Part shown: one piece after another, positions 9,361 to 24,619 of the stretch
Numbering within the stretch: position 1 is the stretch's first letter
Layout: each line of letters opens with the position of its first letter
Assembly: GCA_025060415.1 (NCBI GenBank)
Contig: JANXBT010000001.1
Location: forward strand, 459,628 to 491,627
Source of the DNA: Candidatus Bipolaricaulota bacterium
GTDB lineage: Bacteria > Bipolaricaulota > Bipolaricaulia > Bipolaricaulales > Bipolaricaulaceae
Direction of reading: 5' to 3'
DNA length: 32,000 nucleotides
The notes under the pieces: model-generated
Databases searched by the model: none
Told to the model about the DNA's origin: nothing
The model's input: only the letters and a program-made list of their open reading frames with translations
Program-made: the position numbers and the translations under genes

Positions 9361-9945
9361 ATGGATCGGGTCCCGGAGGCGCTCGCGGGCTTTTCCCTCC
9401 TTTCGGATCGGGAGATCCTGGCCCTCTGCCAGGGCGAGCGGCCGATGATCACCCCCTTCGTGCCCCGCCAGGAGGGCAAGCCCTCCTACGGCCTTTCCTC
9501 CTTCGGCTACGACATCCGCTTGGGCCGGAGGTTCCTGGTCCCCCTGGGCGGGGTCAACGCCGTTTTGGATCCGGTGAACTTCCCGCGGGAGCTGTTCCGC
9601 GAGCTTGTCGCAGAGGACGTGTTCGAGCTGGCGCCCCACTCCCAGGTCCTCGCGGAGTCGGTGGAGACGTTTTGGATGCCGGACGACGTGCTGGGCGTGT
9701 GCTGGGGGAAGTCCAGCTACGCGCGCTGCGGCCTCCTTGTGAACGTGACGCCCCTGGAGCCGCGCTGGCGGGGCCGGCTTACCCTGGAATTGGCCAACCT
9801 CTCCCCCTTGCCCATCCGCCTCCATGTGGGCCAGGGGATTGCGCAGGTCGTGTTCTTCCGGGGGAGGCGGCCGGCCCGCGGCTACGACGAGAAGGAGGCC
9901 GGCGGCCTCTACCAGGACCAGCCCGGCGCCACCCTCCCCAGGTGA
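9361..9945 (+). CDS. dcd: dCTP deaminase (possibly bifunctional dCTP deaminase/dUTPase)
   Basis: AAGGAGGG (9349-9356) precedes ATG 9361. The sequence LSDREI...ITPF...SSFGYDIRLG...GKSSYARCGLLVNVTPLEPRWRGRLTLELAN...GQGIAQVVFF fits the trimeric dUTPase-fold Dcd pattern. Confidence 0.9.
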   Translation: MDRVPEALAGFSLLSDREILALCQGERPMITPFVPRQEGKPSYGLSSFGYDIRLGRRFLVPLGGVNAVLDPVNFPRELFRELVAEDVFELAPHSQVLAESVETFWMPDDVLGVCWGKSSYARCGLLVNVTPLEPRWRGRLTLELANLSPLPIRLHVGQGIAQVVFFRGRRPARGYDEKEAGGLYQDQPGATLPR

Positions 9946-9948
9946 GCC

Positions 9949-10356
9949 ATGTTCCCTGGCGTCTCCGAAGCGGAGCTCGTGCGGAGGGCCGTGGAGGCCC
10001 GCGCCCGGGCCTACGCCCCCTATTCGGGCTTCGCCGTGGGCGCGGCCCTTCTGGCCAAGGACGGCCGGGTCTTCACCGGCTGCAACGTGGAGAACGCCTC
10101 CTACGGGCTCACGGTGTGCGCGGAGCGCGTGGCCCTTTTCAAGGCGGTCTCCGAGGGCGCGCGGGAGTTCGTGGCCTTGGCCGTGGCCTGCGGGGCGGGG
10201 CCCTGCGCGCCCTGCGGGGCCTGCCGCCAAGCCCTCTACGAGTTCGCCCCCGACCTCCTCCTGATCCTGGCCGATGGGGAGGGCCGCGCCTGGCGCACCG
10301 CCCGCCTCGCGGAGCTCCTGCCCCACGGCTTCGGCCCCAAGGACCTGGCGCGATGA
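9949..10356 (+). CDS. cdd: Cytidine deaminase (homotetrameric type)
   Basis: 135 aa. Zinc-binding motifs CAERVALFKAV and PCGACRQALYEF are present, along with the N-terminal YAPYSGFAVGAA. Confidence 0.9.
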   Translation: MFPGVSEAELVRRAVEARARAYAPYSGFAVGAALLAKDGRVFTGCNVENASYGLTVCAERVALFKAVSEGAREFVALAVACGAGPCAPCGACRQALYEFAPDLLLILADGEGRAWRTARLAELLPHGFGPKDLAR

Positions 10357-12422
10357 GGCTCCTTGGGCTTTTGGTTTTGGTGGCCTGGGCCGGCTGGGCC
10401 GCTGAAGTTCGCCTTCAGGAAAGCCCCTTTGGGTTGAGCCTCGCGTGGGAGGGGCGCGAGCTCGTGCGCCTGGGGCAGGGCGGGCGCCCCGCCTTTTACG
10501 TGCAAAGCTGGCCGGGGCGCGTGGAGCTCCGCCGCCTCTTGTCCGTCCGGGAGGAGCTCACGGGGAGGACCCTGGTCTTTCGCACCTCCGACGGGCGGCG
10601 GGCCGAGGTGGCCCTGAGCCACGCCCAAGAGGGCACGGTCCGGCTCACGTTCCGCGTGGAGGGGAAGGCCCGCTGGGAGCGGTTGGGCGTGGTCCTGGAG
10701 GTCACCCCCGACGAGGGCTTTTACGGGCTTTTGGAGTGCCCAACGCAGGGGCTTTTCCACGAGTTCTTCCCGCCCCGGGGCGGGGACCTCGACCTGCGCG
10801 GGCAGACGGTCTGGCTCTACACCCTGCCCACGCACGCCCTCTACGCCCCGTTCTTCGTGTCCTCCCGCGGCTGGGGCCTCTGGGTGGAGAGCTCCTGGCC
10901 CGGGATCTTCCGCTTTGGCACGCGCAAACCCACGGAGGTCACCCTCGAGTACGAGGGCCCCGCGCTCACGCTGCGCCTGATCCCCGGCCCCACGCCCCTG
11001 GAAGCGGTCGCCCGTTACGCCCGCCTCACCGGCACCACGGTCCTGCCGCCCCGCTGGGCGTTGGGGATCTGGCGCTGGCGCGACGAGGTCTTCGCCCATC
11101 CCACGCTCGCCGATGGCACGCCCAACCCCCTCCCCTTCAACTCCATGGTGGTGGAGGACGTGCTGTGGATGGAGGCCTTAGGGGTCAAGCCGGCGGTGTA
11201 CGTGCTGGACCGGCCCTGGGCGGAGGGCACCCTGGGCTACGGCAACCTGCAGTTCGACCCCCAGCGCTTTCCCCACGCGGGGGCCATGGTCCGCTGGCTC
11301 CGGGAAAAGGGCATCATGCCCGTGCTTTGGGTCGGCCCGTGGCTCCTGGACGGGCTCCGGCGGGAGGCGGAGGCCCGGGGGTTCACGGTTCGCCGCGTCG
11401 TCCCCTTCCCGCCCGGGGCCGCCCTCCTGGATTTCACCCACCCCCAAGCCGTGGCGTGGTGGCAGGAAAAGCTCCGGCCGCTGGTGGAATTGGGGATCGC
11501 CGGATTCAAACTGGATCGGGGGGAGGAGAGCACCCCGGACGGCCTCCTCTTGCGGGGGAGCTACCACGATGGCACGGATTACCGGGCGGGCCACAACCTT
11601 TATCCCCTGTGGTTCGCCCAGGCGGCCCGCGGGGTCTTCGCCCGCGCGGGGGTTGCGGAGTTCGTGCTCTACTACCGGGCGGGCTGGACGGGGAGCGCGG
11701 CCGTGACGTTGGTCTGGGGCGGCGATCACCACGCGAGCTTTTGGGGGCTTAGGGAGTCGATCCTCGCTCTTCAGCGCGCGGCCGCCCTCAACTTCCCCCT
11801 TTGGGGCTCCAACACCGGCGGCTACGTGGGCCGGCCCACCCGGGAGCTCTTCGCCCGCTGGCTTGCCTTCTCCTGCTTCTCCCCCCTCATGGACCTCGGC
11901 CCCTTGGGGAACCTCGCGCCCTGGGCGTGGGCTCCGGACGGCGCCCCTGCGCCCGTGGGCCCGGAGGGCTACGGCTTCCGTCCCTATTGGGATGAGGAAC
12001 TCGTGGCCCTCCTGGCCTTCTACGGCCGTTTGCGCCAAGACCTCGTGGATTACCTCTACGCCCTGGCCGAGGAGGCGCACCGCACGGGCCTCCCCCTGGT
12101 GCGGCCCATGGCCCTGGCCTACCCGGAGGAGGGGGAGTTGCGGCGGCGGTGGGACCAGTACCTTTTGGGTCCGGACCTCCTTGTGCGCCCCGTCTGGGAG
12201 GCAGGGGCCAAGCGGGTGCGCCTTCGCCTTCCGCCGGGGCGCTGGTACGACCCTTGGACGGGGCGGACCCATACGGGCCCGGCGGAGCTGGAGGTGGACG
12301 TGCCGCTCCACCGAATCCCCCTGTGGGTTCGGGAGGGCTCGCCCCTGGGGGCGGCGTTGGGGGACTTGGAGGGGCGCTGGGCCCGGGTGTGCCAGGAGGT
12401 GCGGGGGCTCAGGCCGAAATAA
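10353..12422 (+). CDS. Secreted glycoside hydrolase family 31 (alpha-glucosidase/alpha-xylosidase-like)
   Basis: ATG at 10353 overlaps the cdd stop (ATGA). The N-terminus MRLLGLLVLVAWAGWAAE looks like a signal peptide. GH31 catalytic-region motifs are GIAGFKLDRGEE (nucleophile region, compare YicI FKTDFGE) and VWGGDHHASFWG (acid/base region). The upstream part of ORF 9672-12422 is a spurious extension. Confidence 0.85.
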   Translation: MRLLGLLVLVAWAGWAAEVRLQESPFGLSLAWEGRELVRLGQGGRPAFYVQSWPGRVELRRLLSVREELTGRTLVFRTSDGRRAEVALSHAQEGTVRLTFRVEGKARWERLGVVLEVTPDEGFYGLLECPTQGLFHEFFPPRGGDLDLRGQTVWLYTLPTHALYAPFFVSSRGWGLWVESSWPGIFRFGTRKPTEVTLEYEGPALTLRLIPGPTPLEAVARYARLTGTTVLPPRWALGIWRWRDEVFAHPTLADGTPNPLPFNSMVVEDVLWMEALGVKPAVYVLDRPWAEGTLGYGNLQFDPQRFPHAGAMVRWLREKGIMPVLWVGPWLLDGLRREAEARGFTVRRVVPFPPGAALLDFTHPQAVAWWQEKLRPLVELGIAGFKLDRGEESTPDGLLLRGSYHDGTDYRAGHNLYPLWFAQAARGVFARAGVAEFVLYYRAGWTGSAAVTLVWGGDHHASFWGLRESILALQRAAALNFPLWGSNTGGYVGRPTRELFARWLAFSCFSPLMDLGPLGNLAPWAWAPDGAPAPVGPEGYGFRPYWDEELVALLAFYGRLRQDLVDYLYALAEEAHRTGLPLVRPMALAYPEEGELRRRWDQYLLGPDLLVRPVWEAGAKRVRLRLPPGRWYDPWTGRTHTGPAELEVDVPLHRIPLWVREGSPLGAALGDLEGRWARVCQEVRGLRPK

Positions 12423-12427
12423 AAAAT
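12415..12427 (-). terminator. U-tract directly after the 5S rRNA 3' end (possible rRNA operon terminator)
   Basis: The minus strand reads ...GCCGCCTGG (5S 3' end) followed by ATTTTTTATTTCGG. The tract overlaps the TAA stop (12420-12422) of the convergent GH31 gene. No separate local hairpin exists apart from the 5S helices. Confidence 0.35.
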
Positions 12428-12544
<117 letters not shown>

Positions 12545-12580
12545 AATCGCCCGCGGTCCAGAGAAGTGAATAGGGCGTCC

Positions 12581-15629
<3,049 letters not shown>

Positions 15630-15671
15630 GGACGCCCTATTCACTTGTCAAGGACCGCGAACGGCACCCCC

Positions 15672-15699
15672 ATTATACGTCCGGGCCTCGTCCGGACAA
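15672..15699 (-). promoter_or_regulatory. Candidate 23S-5S operon promoter P2
   Basis: On the minus strand: TTGTCC (15699-15694), 16-nt spacer, TATAAT (15677-15672). This lies about 45 nt upstream of the mature 23S 5' end and just upstream of the processing stem. Confidence 0.45.
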
Positions 15700-15713
15700 G
15701 GGGGCGAGGCCCT

Positions 15714-15741
15714 ATTATACGGGGCCGCCCTCCCCCGTCCA
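15714..15741 (-). promoter_or_regulatory. Candidate 23S-5S operon promoter P1 (overlaps the rsfS stop codon)
   Basis: On the minus strand: TGGACG (15741-15736), 16-nt spacer, TATAAT (15719-15714). The TATAAT box contains the rsfS TAA stop (15715-15717). It is a second copy of the cgTATAAT context, 42 nt upstream of P2. Confidence 0.3.
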
Positions 15742-16071
15742 GCCCTCCACCACCTTCTCCGGCCAGATGCCCTCCAGGTCGTAGAAGCTCCGCACCTCCC
15801 GGGGGAAGAGGTGGACCACGAAGTCCCCGTAGTCCAGGAGGACCCAGCGCCCGTCGGCCAGGCCCTCGGTGTGCCGGGGCGCCACGGGCAGCTTCTCCAT
15901 GAGGTGCGCGGCGATGGCCCGCACGTGGAGGGGGTTTTCGCCCTCGGCGATGAGGAAGAAGTCCGTGGGAATGGAGGTGTCCCGCAGGTCCAGGAGGACC
16001 AACCGGTCGCCCTTCTTGTCGGCGATGAGGGCCGCGGCCCGCCGCAGGAGCTCGCCCTCAGGACCCCACAT
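15715..16071 (-). CDS. rsfS: Ribosomal silencing factor RsfS (iojap family)
   Basis: 118 aa. The sequence [40 protein letters not shown]...[28 protein letters not shown] is the canonical RsfS/iojap pattern. Confidence 0.9.
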   Translation of the reverse strand: MWGPEGELLRRAAALIADKKGDRLVLLDLRDTSIPTDFFLIAEGENPLHVRAIAAHLMEKLPVAPRHTEGLADGRWVLLDYGDFVVHLFPREVRSFYDLEGIWPEKVVEGWTGEGGPV

Positions 16072-17152
16072 CGAACCCCACCCCCAGGAGGAGCACCACG
16101 TCCGCGCCCTCGGGCCAGCCGCCCAGCCGCTCCAGGCCGAACGCCTCCGCGGCGAGCACGGCCACCTCCCTGGGGAGCACGGCCCGCACCAGCTCGGCCC
16201 GCTCCTCCGCGCCCCGCCGCACCAGGAGGAGGCTTCGGGCGTAGTCCGGGCGGTCCGCCGGCCCCACCCCCACCACCGTGAACCCCCGCGCCGCGAGCCA
16301 GGCCGCGGCGCGCGTGGCCAAAAACCGCTCCCGCGTGCCGTTCAGGAGGAACACGCGCACCTCCTCCCGCGTGAGGGGGGCGCGGCCGGAGACCCAAGCC
16401 GCCCGCAGCTTGCGGATGCGCACCACGTCCGGCATGAGCCGCCCATCCTCCCGGGCCACGGGTACCACCTCCACCCGGGCCGGGGCCCGGGCCAGGCCCT
16501 CCCAGAAATCCCGGGCCGTCCAAGCGGAGAACTGGGGCGGGGTGAGGAAGCGGCGGAGGAGGGCAGGGGCGTTCTGGGCCCGGGCCACGAAATCCTCCAC
16601 GAAGGCGCGCACCCCCGCCAGGTCGGGCTCCCCCCGGTAGCGCAGGAGGTAGGCCAGGAACTGGCGGGATCGGGGGCCGTCCAGGAGCTGTTCCCCGGCG
16701 GGGAGGTCGATGGACACCCGCCGGAGGGGGTCTTGGAAGAGCAGGCGCTCCTCGGGCCGGGCGAGCACCCCGCCCAACTCCCGCACCAGGGCGTCCCAGG
16801 TGGCCGGCAGGACCTCCGCCACCCCCGCGAGGGGGAGCTCGAGGAGCGCGGCGAGGGCGGAAACGGCCTTCTCCCCCCCTTCCGCGAGGGGGCGCCAGCC
16901 GCCCTCCCCGGGCAGGTGGAGGCCTCCCGGCACCACCACCCAGGCCCCCTGGCCCTGGGGGAGGAGGGTCACGAGGAGGGCGAGGTCCGGGCCGGGCGCG
17001 TCGGGGGGGATCCCCGTGCGGACCAGGAGGAGGAGGGAGAACGGCTCCCCCTGGGCCAGGGCCCGCCGCACCTCCGTGCGGGTGAAGGCGAAGAACAGGG
17101 CCGCGCCCAGCCCCAGGAGGACGAGCCCCAAAAGGACCGGAAGGCGCCGCAT
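16058..17152 (-). CDS. Membrane-anchored LytR-CpsA-Psr (LCP)-like protein with a C-terminal LytR_C domain; the catalytic domain looks degenerate
   Basis: It has an N-terminal transmembrane anchor, [23 protein letters not shown]. The central region has LCP-like spacing (SLLLLV...DLALLVTL...VVVPGG...[16 protein letters not shown]...[11 protein letters not shown]). The C-terminus [36 protein letters not shown]...SLLLV is typical of LytR_C. It overlaps the rsfS start by 14 nt. Confidence 0.6.
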   Translation of the reverse strand: MRRLPVLLGLVLLGLGAALFFAFTRTEVRRALAQGEPFSLLLLVRTGIPPDAPGPDLALLVTLLPQGQGAWVVVPGGLHLPGEGGWRPLAEGGEKAVSALAALLELPLAGVAEVLPATWDALVRELGGVLARPEERLLFQDPLRRVSIDLPAGEQLLDGPRSRQFLAYLLRYRGEPDLAGVRAFVEDFVARAQNAPALLRRFLTPPQFSAWTARDFWEGLARAPARVEVVPVAREDGRLMPDVVRIRKLRAAWVSGRAPLTREEVRVFLLNGTRERFLATRAAAWLAARGFTVVGVGPADRPDYARSLLLVRRGAEERAELVRAVLPREVAVLAAEAFGLERLGGWPEGADVVLLLGVGFDVGS

Positions 17153-17159
17153 CGGGGAA

Positions 17160-17189
17160 AAGTTAGCCCCCCGTTCCCCGGTTCGTCAA
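17160..17189 (-). promoter_or_regulatory. Candidate promoter of the LCP-rsfS operon (leaderless layout)
   Basis: On the minus strand: TTGACG (17189-17184), 18-nt spacer, TAACTT (17165-17160), then 7 nt to ATG 17152. No Shine-Dalgarno sequence is present. Confidence 0.4.
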
Positions 17190-17197
17190 ACCGCGGG

Positions 17198-17225
17198 TTG
17201 CGCGGGGCGGCGGAGCGAGTAGGCT
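17198..17225 (+). promoter_or_regulatory. Candidate promoter of the AMMECR1-mtaB-phoH-ligA operon
   Basis: TTGCGC (17198-17203), 16-nt spacer, TAGGCT (17220-17225), then 8 nt to GTG 17234. It is back-to-back with the divergent LCP promoter. Confidence 0.3.
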
Positions 17226-17233
17226 CTTTTTCC

Positions 17234-17755
17234 GTGCGCGTCCGCGATCCCTACGTGGAGTTGGCTCGGCGGGCCATCGAGGCCTGGGTGCGGGAGGGCC
17301 GGCGCCTGGCCCCGCCCCCGGACCTCCCCCCGGAGCTCCTTTCCCGGCGGGCGGGCGCCTTCGTGTCCCTCAAAAAGCACGGGGTGCTGCGGGGCTGCAT
17401 CGGCACCTATCAGCCCACGGAGGAGAACCTCGCCCAGGAGATCATCGAGAACGCCATCCGCGCGGCCACCGAGGACCCCCGCTTCCCGCCCGTGCGGCCC
17501 GAGGAGCTGCCCGAGCTCGCCATCACCGTGGACGTGCTCTCCCCCCCGGAGCCCTGCACCGAGGCGGACCTGGATCCCAAGCGGTACGGGGTGATCGTGG
17601 AGAGGGGCTGGCGCCGGGGCCTCCTTCTGCCCGACCTCCCCGGCGTGGACACGGCGGCGGAGCAGCTGCGCATCGCCAAGCTGAAGGCCGGCCTCGCCCC
17701 CGACGAGCCCTGCCGGCTCTATCGGTTCACGGTGGAGCGCCACGGGGAAAAATGA
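17234..17755 (+). CDS. AMMECR1 domain protein
   Basis: The C-terminal 173 codons of ORF 15869-17755 read [18 protein letters not shown]...[23 protein letters not shown]...[10 protein letters not shown]...LSPPEP...[17 protein letters not shown], the AMMECR1 signature including LRGCIG. The start is taken as in-frame GTG 17234, and GTG 17255 is an alternative. The rest of the long ORF is antisense to the LCP gene. Confidence 0.8.
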   Translation: MRVRDPYVELARRAIEAWVREGRRLAPPPDLPPELLSRRAGAFVSLKKHGVLRGCIGTYQPTEENLAQEIIENAIRAATEDPRFPPVRPEELPELAITVDVLSPPEPCTEADLDPKRYGVIVERGWRRGLLLPDLPGVDTAAEQLRIAKLKAGLAPDEPCRLYRFTVERHGEK

Positions 17756-19038
17756 GGGTGTTCGTGCACGCCCTGGGCTGCCGCGTCAACCAGTACGAGG
17801 CCCAGTACCTCCGGGAGCGCCTGGAGGCCCTCCCCGGCGAGGGCGAGGTCCATGTGGTGAACACCTGCACCGTCACGGCCCTGGCGGATCGCAAGTCCCG
17901 CAAGCTCGTGGCCCAGCTCAAGAGGGAGCGCCCGGGGGCGCTGGTGGTGGCGGTGGGCTGCGGGGCGGATGGGGCGCGGGCCGGGCTTTTGCGGGCCGGG
18001 GCGGACCTCGTGGTGGGCAACCGGGACAAGGCCCGCCTCCCCCAGATCCTCCAGGCCTATCTGCAGGGGATCCCTTTGGCGGCGGAGGGCTGGCCGGAGC
18101 TCCAGGAGGAGCGGGTGCGCGGGCCGTTCCCGCGGACGCGGGCCCTCCTCAAGGTCCAGGACGGCTGTACGCAGGCGTGCACCTTTTGCCGCACCTGGCA
18201 GGTGCGGGGCCCCCTCCGCAGCAAGCCCCCCCAGGCGGCGCGCGCGGAGGCCCAGGCCCTGGCCGAGGCCGGCCACAGGGAGATCGTGGTCACGGGCGTG
18301 AACCTGGCCCAGTACGGCTTGGACCTCCCCGAGCGCCCCGCCTTGGCGGACCTGCTTGAGGAGCTTTTGCGCGTCCCGGGGGTGCGCTACCGCCTGACCT
18401 CCTTGAACCCGGAGGGCCTCACGCCCGCGCTCCTGCGCCTCTTCGCCGCGGAGCCCCGGCTCTGCCCCTACCTCCACATGCCCCTCCAGTCCGGGGACGA
18501 CCGGGTCCTGGCGGCCATGGGCCGGGCCTACACCGCCGCGGAGTACAAGGAGAAGGCCTTGTCGTTCTTGAGCGCCGTGCCCAAGGCCACCCTGGGGGCG
18601 GACGTGCTGGTGGGCTTCCCCGGGGAGGACGCGGCGGCCTTCGCCCGGACCGTGGAGCTCCTGGAGGCCCTCCAGCCCCTGAACCTCCACATCTTTCGGT
18701 ACTCCCCGCGTCCGGGCACGCCCGCGGCGGCCCTCCCCGGCCGGGTCCCCAAGGAGGAGGCGGCGCGGCGCAGCGCCGAGCTTTCCGTTCTAGCTCGGCG
18801 TTGGTCCCTCGCCGTCCGCCGGCGCTTCCTCGGCACCGCCCTGGCGCTCCTCGTGGAGGAGGCGGAGGGGCCGTGGTGGGTGGGGCACACCGAGAACTAC
18901 CTCCGCGTGGGGGTGGCGAAATCCGCGCCCCTCGCGCGTGGTACAATCGTGCCGGTGGAGATCGTGCGCGTGGAGGAACACTTCAGCGAGGGGGTGGTGC
19001 TCGATCGGCCGCAAGACCGCGGAGATCGCCCTTCCTAG
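17752..19038 (+). CDS. mtaB: Radical SAM methylthiotransferase, MtaB-like (tRNA t6A37 methylthiotransferase family)
   Basis: The ATG overlaps the AMMECR1 stop (ATGA). The N-terminal UPF0004 domain reads [18 protein letters not shown]. The radical-SAM cluster motif is CTQACTFC. The C-terminal TRAM-like region reads [10 protein letters not shown]...IVPVEIV. Confidence 0.85.
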   Translation: MRVFVHALGCRVNQYEAQYLRERLEALPGEGEVHVVNTCTVTALADRKSRKLVAQLKRERPGALVVAVGCGADGARAGLLRAGADLVVGNRDKARLPQILQAYLQGIPLAAEGWPELQEERVRGPFPRTRALLKVQDGCTQACTFCRTWQVRGPLRSKPPQAARAEAQALAEAGHREIVVTGVNLAQYGLDLPERPALADLLEELLRVPGVRYRLTSLNPEGLTPALLRLFAAEPRLCPYLHMPLQSGDDRVLAAMGRAYTAAEYKEKALSFLSAVPKATLGADVLVGFPGEDAAAFARTVELLEALQPLNLHIFRYSPRPGTPAAALPGRVPKEEAARRSAELSVLARRWSLAVRRRFLGTALALLVEEAEGPWWVGHTENYLRVGVAKSAPLARGTIVPVEIVRVEEHFSEGVVLDRPQDRGDRPS

Positions 19039-19045
19039 CCCGGAC

Positions 19046-22864
<3,819 letters not shown>

Positions 22865-22873
22865 CCCGCGAAA

Positions 22874-22901
22874 AGTGTAGCGCTCCCACCTGGGGCGACA
22901 A
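22874..22901 (-). promoter_or_regulatory. Candidate promoter of the sigma factor gene (leaderless layout)
   Basis: On the minus strand: TTGTCG (22901-22896), 16-nt spacer, TACACT (22879-22874), then 9 nt to ATG 22864. No Shine-Dalgarno sequence is present. Confidence 0.4.
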
Positions 22902-22904
22902 GAC

Positions 22905-22932
22905 TTGCGCGTCGCCCCCGATCGCGTACACT
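22905..22932 (+). promoter_or_regulatory. Candidate csp promoter
   Basis: TTGCGC (22905-22910), 16-nt spacer, TACACT (22927-22932). This would give a 5' UTR of about 110 nt, consistent with the long leaders typical of cold-shock genes. Confidence 0.35.
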
Positions 22933-23047
22933 GGCCCTCGCCGGACCGCACGAAGTGCAGCACCGAAGTGGCTGTTGGGGGTTTCCCCCAGCCAGCTGTA
23001 GGGCGCATGGAGTCGGTCGAGCTTCAAAGGAAAGGGGGGAACTCCCA

Positions 23048-23248
23048 ATGGCCAGAGGCAAAGTGAAGTGGTTCGACGAGGCCAAGGGCTACGGCTTCAT
23101 CGCCCAGGAGAACGGGCCGGACGTGTTCGTGCACTTTTCGGCCATCGACATGCCGGGCTTCAAGACCTTGCGCGAGGGTCAGATCGTGGAGTTTGACATC
23201 GAGCAGGGTCCGAAGGGCCCGCAGGCCAAGAACGTGAAGCCGCGCTGA
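23048..23248 (+). CDS. cspA: Cold-shock protein (CspA family, single cold-shock domain)
   Basis: 66 aa: [33 protein letters not shown]..., with RNP1 (KGYGFI) and RNP2 (VFVHF) motifs. A G-rich Shine-Dalgarno sequence lies upstream of ATG 23048. Confidence 0.93.
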   Translation: MARGKVKWFDEAKGYGFIAQENGPDVFVHFSAIDMPGFKTLREGQIVEFDIEQGPKGPQAKNVKPR

Positions 23249-23270
23249 GCGGGTTTCCGCGCGGGAAGAC

Positions 23271-23300
23271 GAGGGGGCCGGTGCGGCCCCCTCTTTTTTT
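23271..23300 (+). terminator. Rho-independent terminator after csp (shared hairpin with the convergent purB 3' end)
   Basis: GAGGGGGCC (23271-23279), GGTGC loop, GGCCCCCTC (23285-23293), followed by TTTTTTT (23294-23300). The T-tract overlaps the purB stop codon TAA (23299-23301, minus strand). Confidence 0.85.
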
Positions 23301-24579
23301 ACCCCCCCAGCACCCGGCGGTAGATCGCCTCCACGTGGGCCAGGGCCCGTTCGGGGCAGAAGATCGCCGCGAGGTCGGGGACCAGGGCCCGCACCCGCGC
23401 CTCCTCCTGGGCCACCGCGGCCAGGGGGCGGCCTTCGGCCGCGGCGCGGCGGCTCAGCTCCGCCACCAGCCCATGGGCCTCCTTCCGCCCCATCCCGGCC
23501 CGCACCAGCGCCAAAAGCAGCCCCTCCGAGAACGGGAAGCCCCGGGCCTCCTCCACGTTCCGCCGCATGCGCTCGGGGAAAACCACGAGCTCACGCAGAA
23601 GCTTGGCGGCCCGGCTCAGCATGTAGTCCACAAGAACGAAGCTTTGGGGGAACAGCACGCGCTCCACCGAGGAGTGGGACATGTCCCGTTCGTGCCAGAG
23701 GGCGTTGTTCTCCAGGGCGGGCCCGAGCGCGGCCCGCACGAGGCGGGCCAGGCCGCACAGGCGCTCGGAGAGGATGGGGTTGCGCTTGTGGGGCATGGCC
23801 GAGGACCCCTCCGGCCGGCCTTCCGCCACCTCCCCCACCTCCGCGCGGGAAAGGAGGCGGATCTCCAGGGCGATCTTTTCCACCAGGGAGGCCGCGGAGG
23901 CCAGGGCGAAGAACACCTCCGCGTAGCGGTCGCGGCTGATCACCTGGCTGGCGACGGGGCAGGGGGCCAGCCCCAGCCTTCGCAAGGCCCGCTCCTCCGC
24001 CTCCGGAGGGAAGAACCCGTAGGTCCCCACGGCGCCCGAGAGCTTCCCCACGGAGACCGCCTCCTTTGCGCGCACCAGCCTCTCCTCCACCCGCCGGAGC
24101 TCGTCGTACCAAAGGAGGAATTTGAGCCCGAACGTGGTGAGCTCGGCCCACTGGCCATGGGTCCGGCCCAGCATCACCGTGTTCTTGTGCTCCCGGGCCC
24201 GCAAGACCAGCACCTCCCCCAGCTCCCTGGCCTTCGCGGCGAGGATCTCCAGGGCCTCGCGCAGGAGGAGGGCCAGGGCGGTGTCCTTCACGTCCGAGGA
24301 GGTGAGGCCGAAGTGGAGCCAGCGGCCTTCCGGCCCCACTTCCTCCTCCAACACCCAAAGGAAGGCGATGAGGTCGTGGCCGACTTCGCGCTCGGCGGCG
24401 AGGATCTTGGCCACATCGAGGCGGGCCCGGGCGCGCACAAGCTGGGCCGTGCCCGGGGGCACCTGCCCCAGCTCCTCCAGCGCCTCCAGCGCGGCGAGCT
24501 CCACCGCCAGCCACCGCTGGTACTGGGCCTCCAGGGTCCACAGCTCCTTCATGGGCGAGAGGGCGTAGCGCTCAAGCAT
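23299..24579 (-). CDS. purB: Adenylosuccinate lyase
   Basis: 426 aa. The sequence has [14 protein letters not shown], the fumarate-lyase signature [10 protein letters not shown], and HERDMSHSS. Confidence 0.93.
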   Translation of the reverse strand: MLERYALSPMKELWTLEAQYQRWLAVELAALEALEELGQVPPGTAQLVRARARLDVAKILAAEREVGHDLIAFLWVLEEEVGPEGRWLHFGLTSSDVKDTALALLLREALEILAAKARELGEVLVLRAREHKNTVMLGRTHGQWAELTTFGLKFLLWYDELRRVEERLVRAKEAVSVGKLSGAVGTYGFFPPEAEERALRRLGLAPCPVASQVISRDRYAEVFFALASAASLVEKIALEIRLLSRAEVGEVAEGRPEGSSAMPHKRNPILSERLCGLARLVRAALGPALENNALWHERDMSHSSVERVLFPQSFVLVDYMLSRAAKLLRELVVFPERMRRNVEEARGFPFSEGLLLALVRAGMGRKEAHGLVAELSRRAAAEGRPLAAVAQEEARVRALVPDLAAIFCPERALAHVEAIYRRVLGG

Positions 24580-24588
24580 GGCGCAAGA

Positions 24589-24617
24589 AGGATAGGGCCT
24601 TTTTGGGGAAAGGGCCA
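24589..24617 (-). promoter_or_regulatory. Weak candidate purB promoter (leaderless layout)
   Basis: On the minus strand: TGGCCC (24617-24612), 17-nt spacer, TATCCT (24594-24589), then 9 nt to ATG 24579. The -35 is poor, and no Shine-Dalgarno sequence is present. Confidence 0.25.
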
Positions 24618-24619
24618 GG

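Noticed and set aside
7561-10326. 921-aa minus-strand ORF, the longest in the window
   Set aside because: It runs antisense across four independently recognisable plus-strand genes (acyl-CoA synthetase, thyX, dcd, cdd) and their boundaries. Its product is low-complexity and rich in G, R, P, A, H and E. It is a typical shadow ORF of very GC-rich DNA, where stop codons are rare in all frames.
15683-15712. GGGCCTCG...CGAGGCCC hairpin as an intrinsic terminator for rsfS
   Set aside because: On the minus strand it is followed by GGACGTATAAT, not a U-tract, and its 14-nt loop is long. I treat it as a possible regulatory element within the rRNA promoter region rather than a terminator.
15869-17233. 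455-codon upstream extension of the AMMECR1 ORF (628-aa ORF 15869-17755)
   Set aside because: It is antisense to rsfS and the LCP gene. AMMECR1 similarity begins only at about 17240.
23007-23066. 19-codon upstream ORF ([19 protein letters not shown]) overlapping the csp start codon
   Set aside because: It has no Shine-Dalgarno sequence, no conservation I can assess, and a length compatible with chance. I mention it only as something ribosome profiling could revisit.
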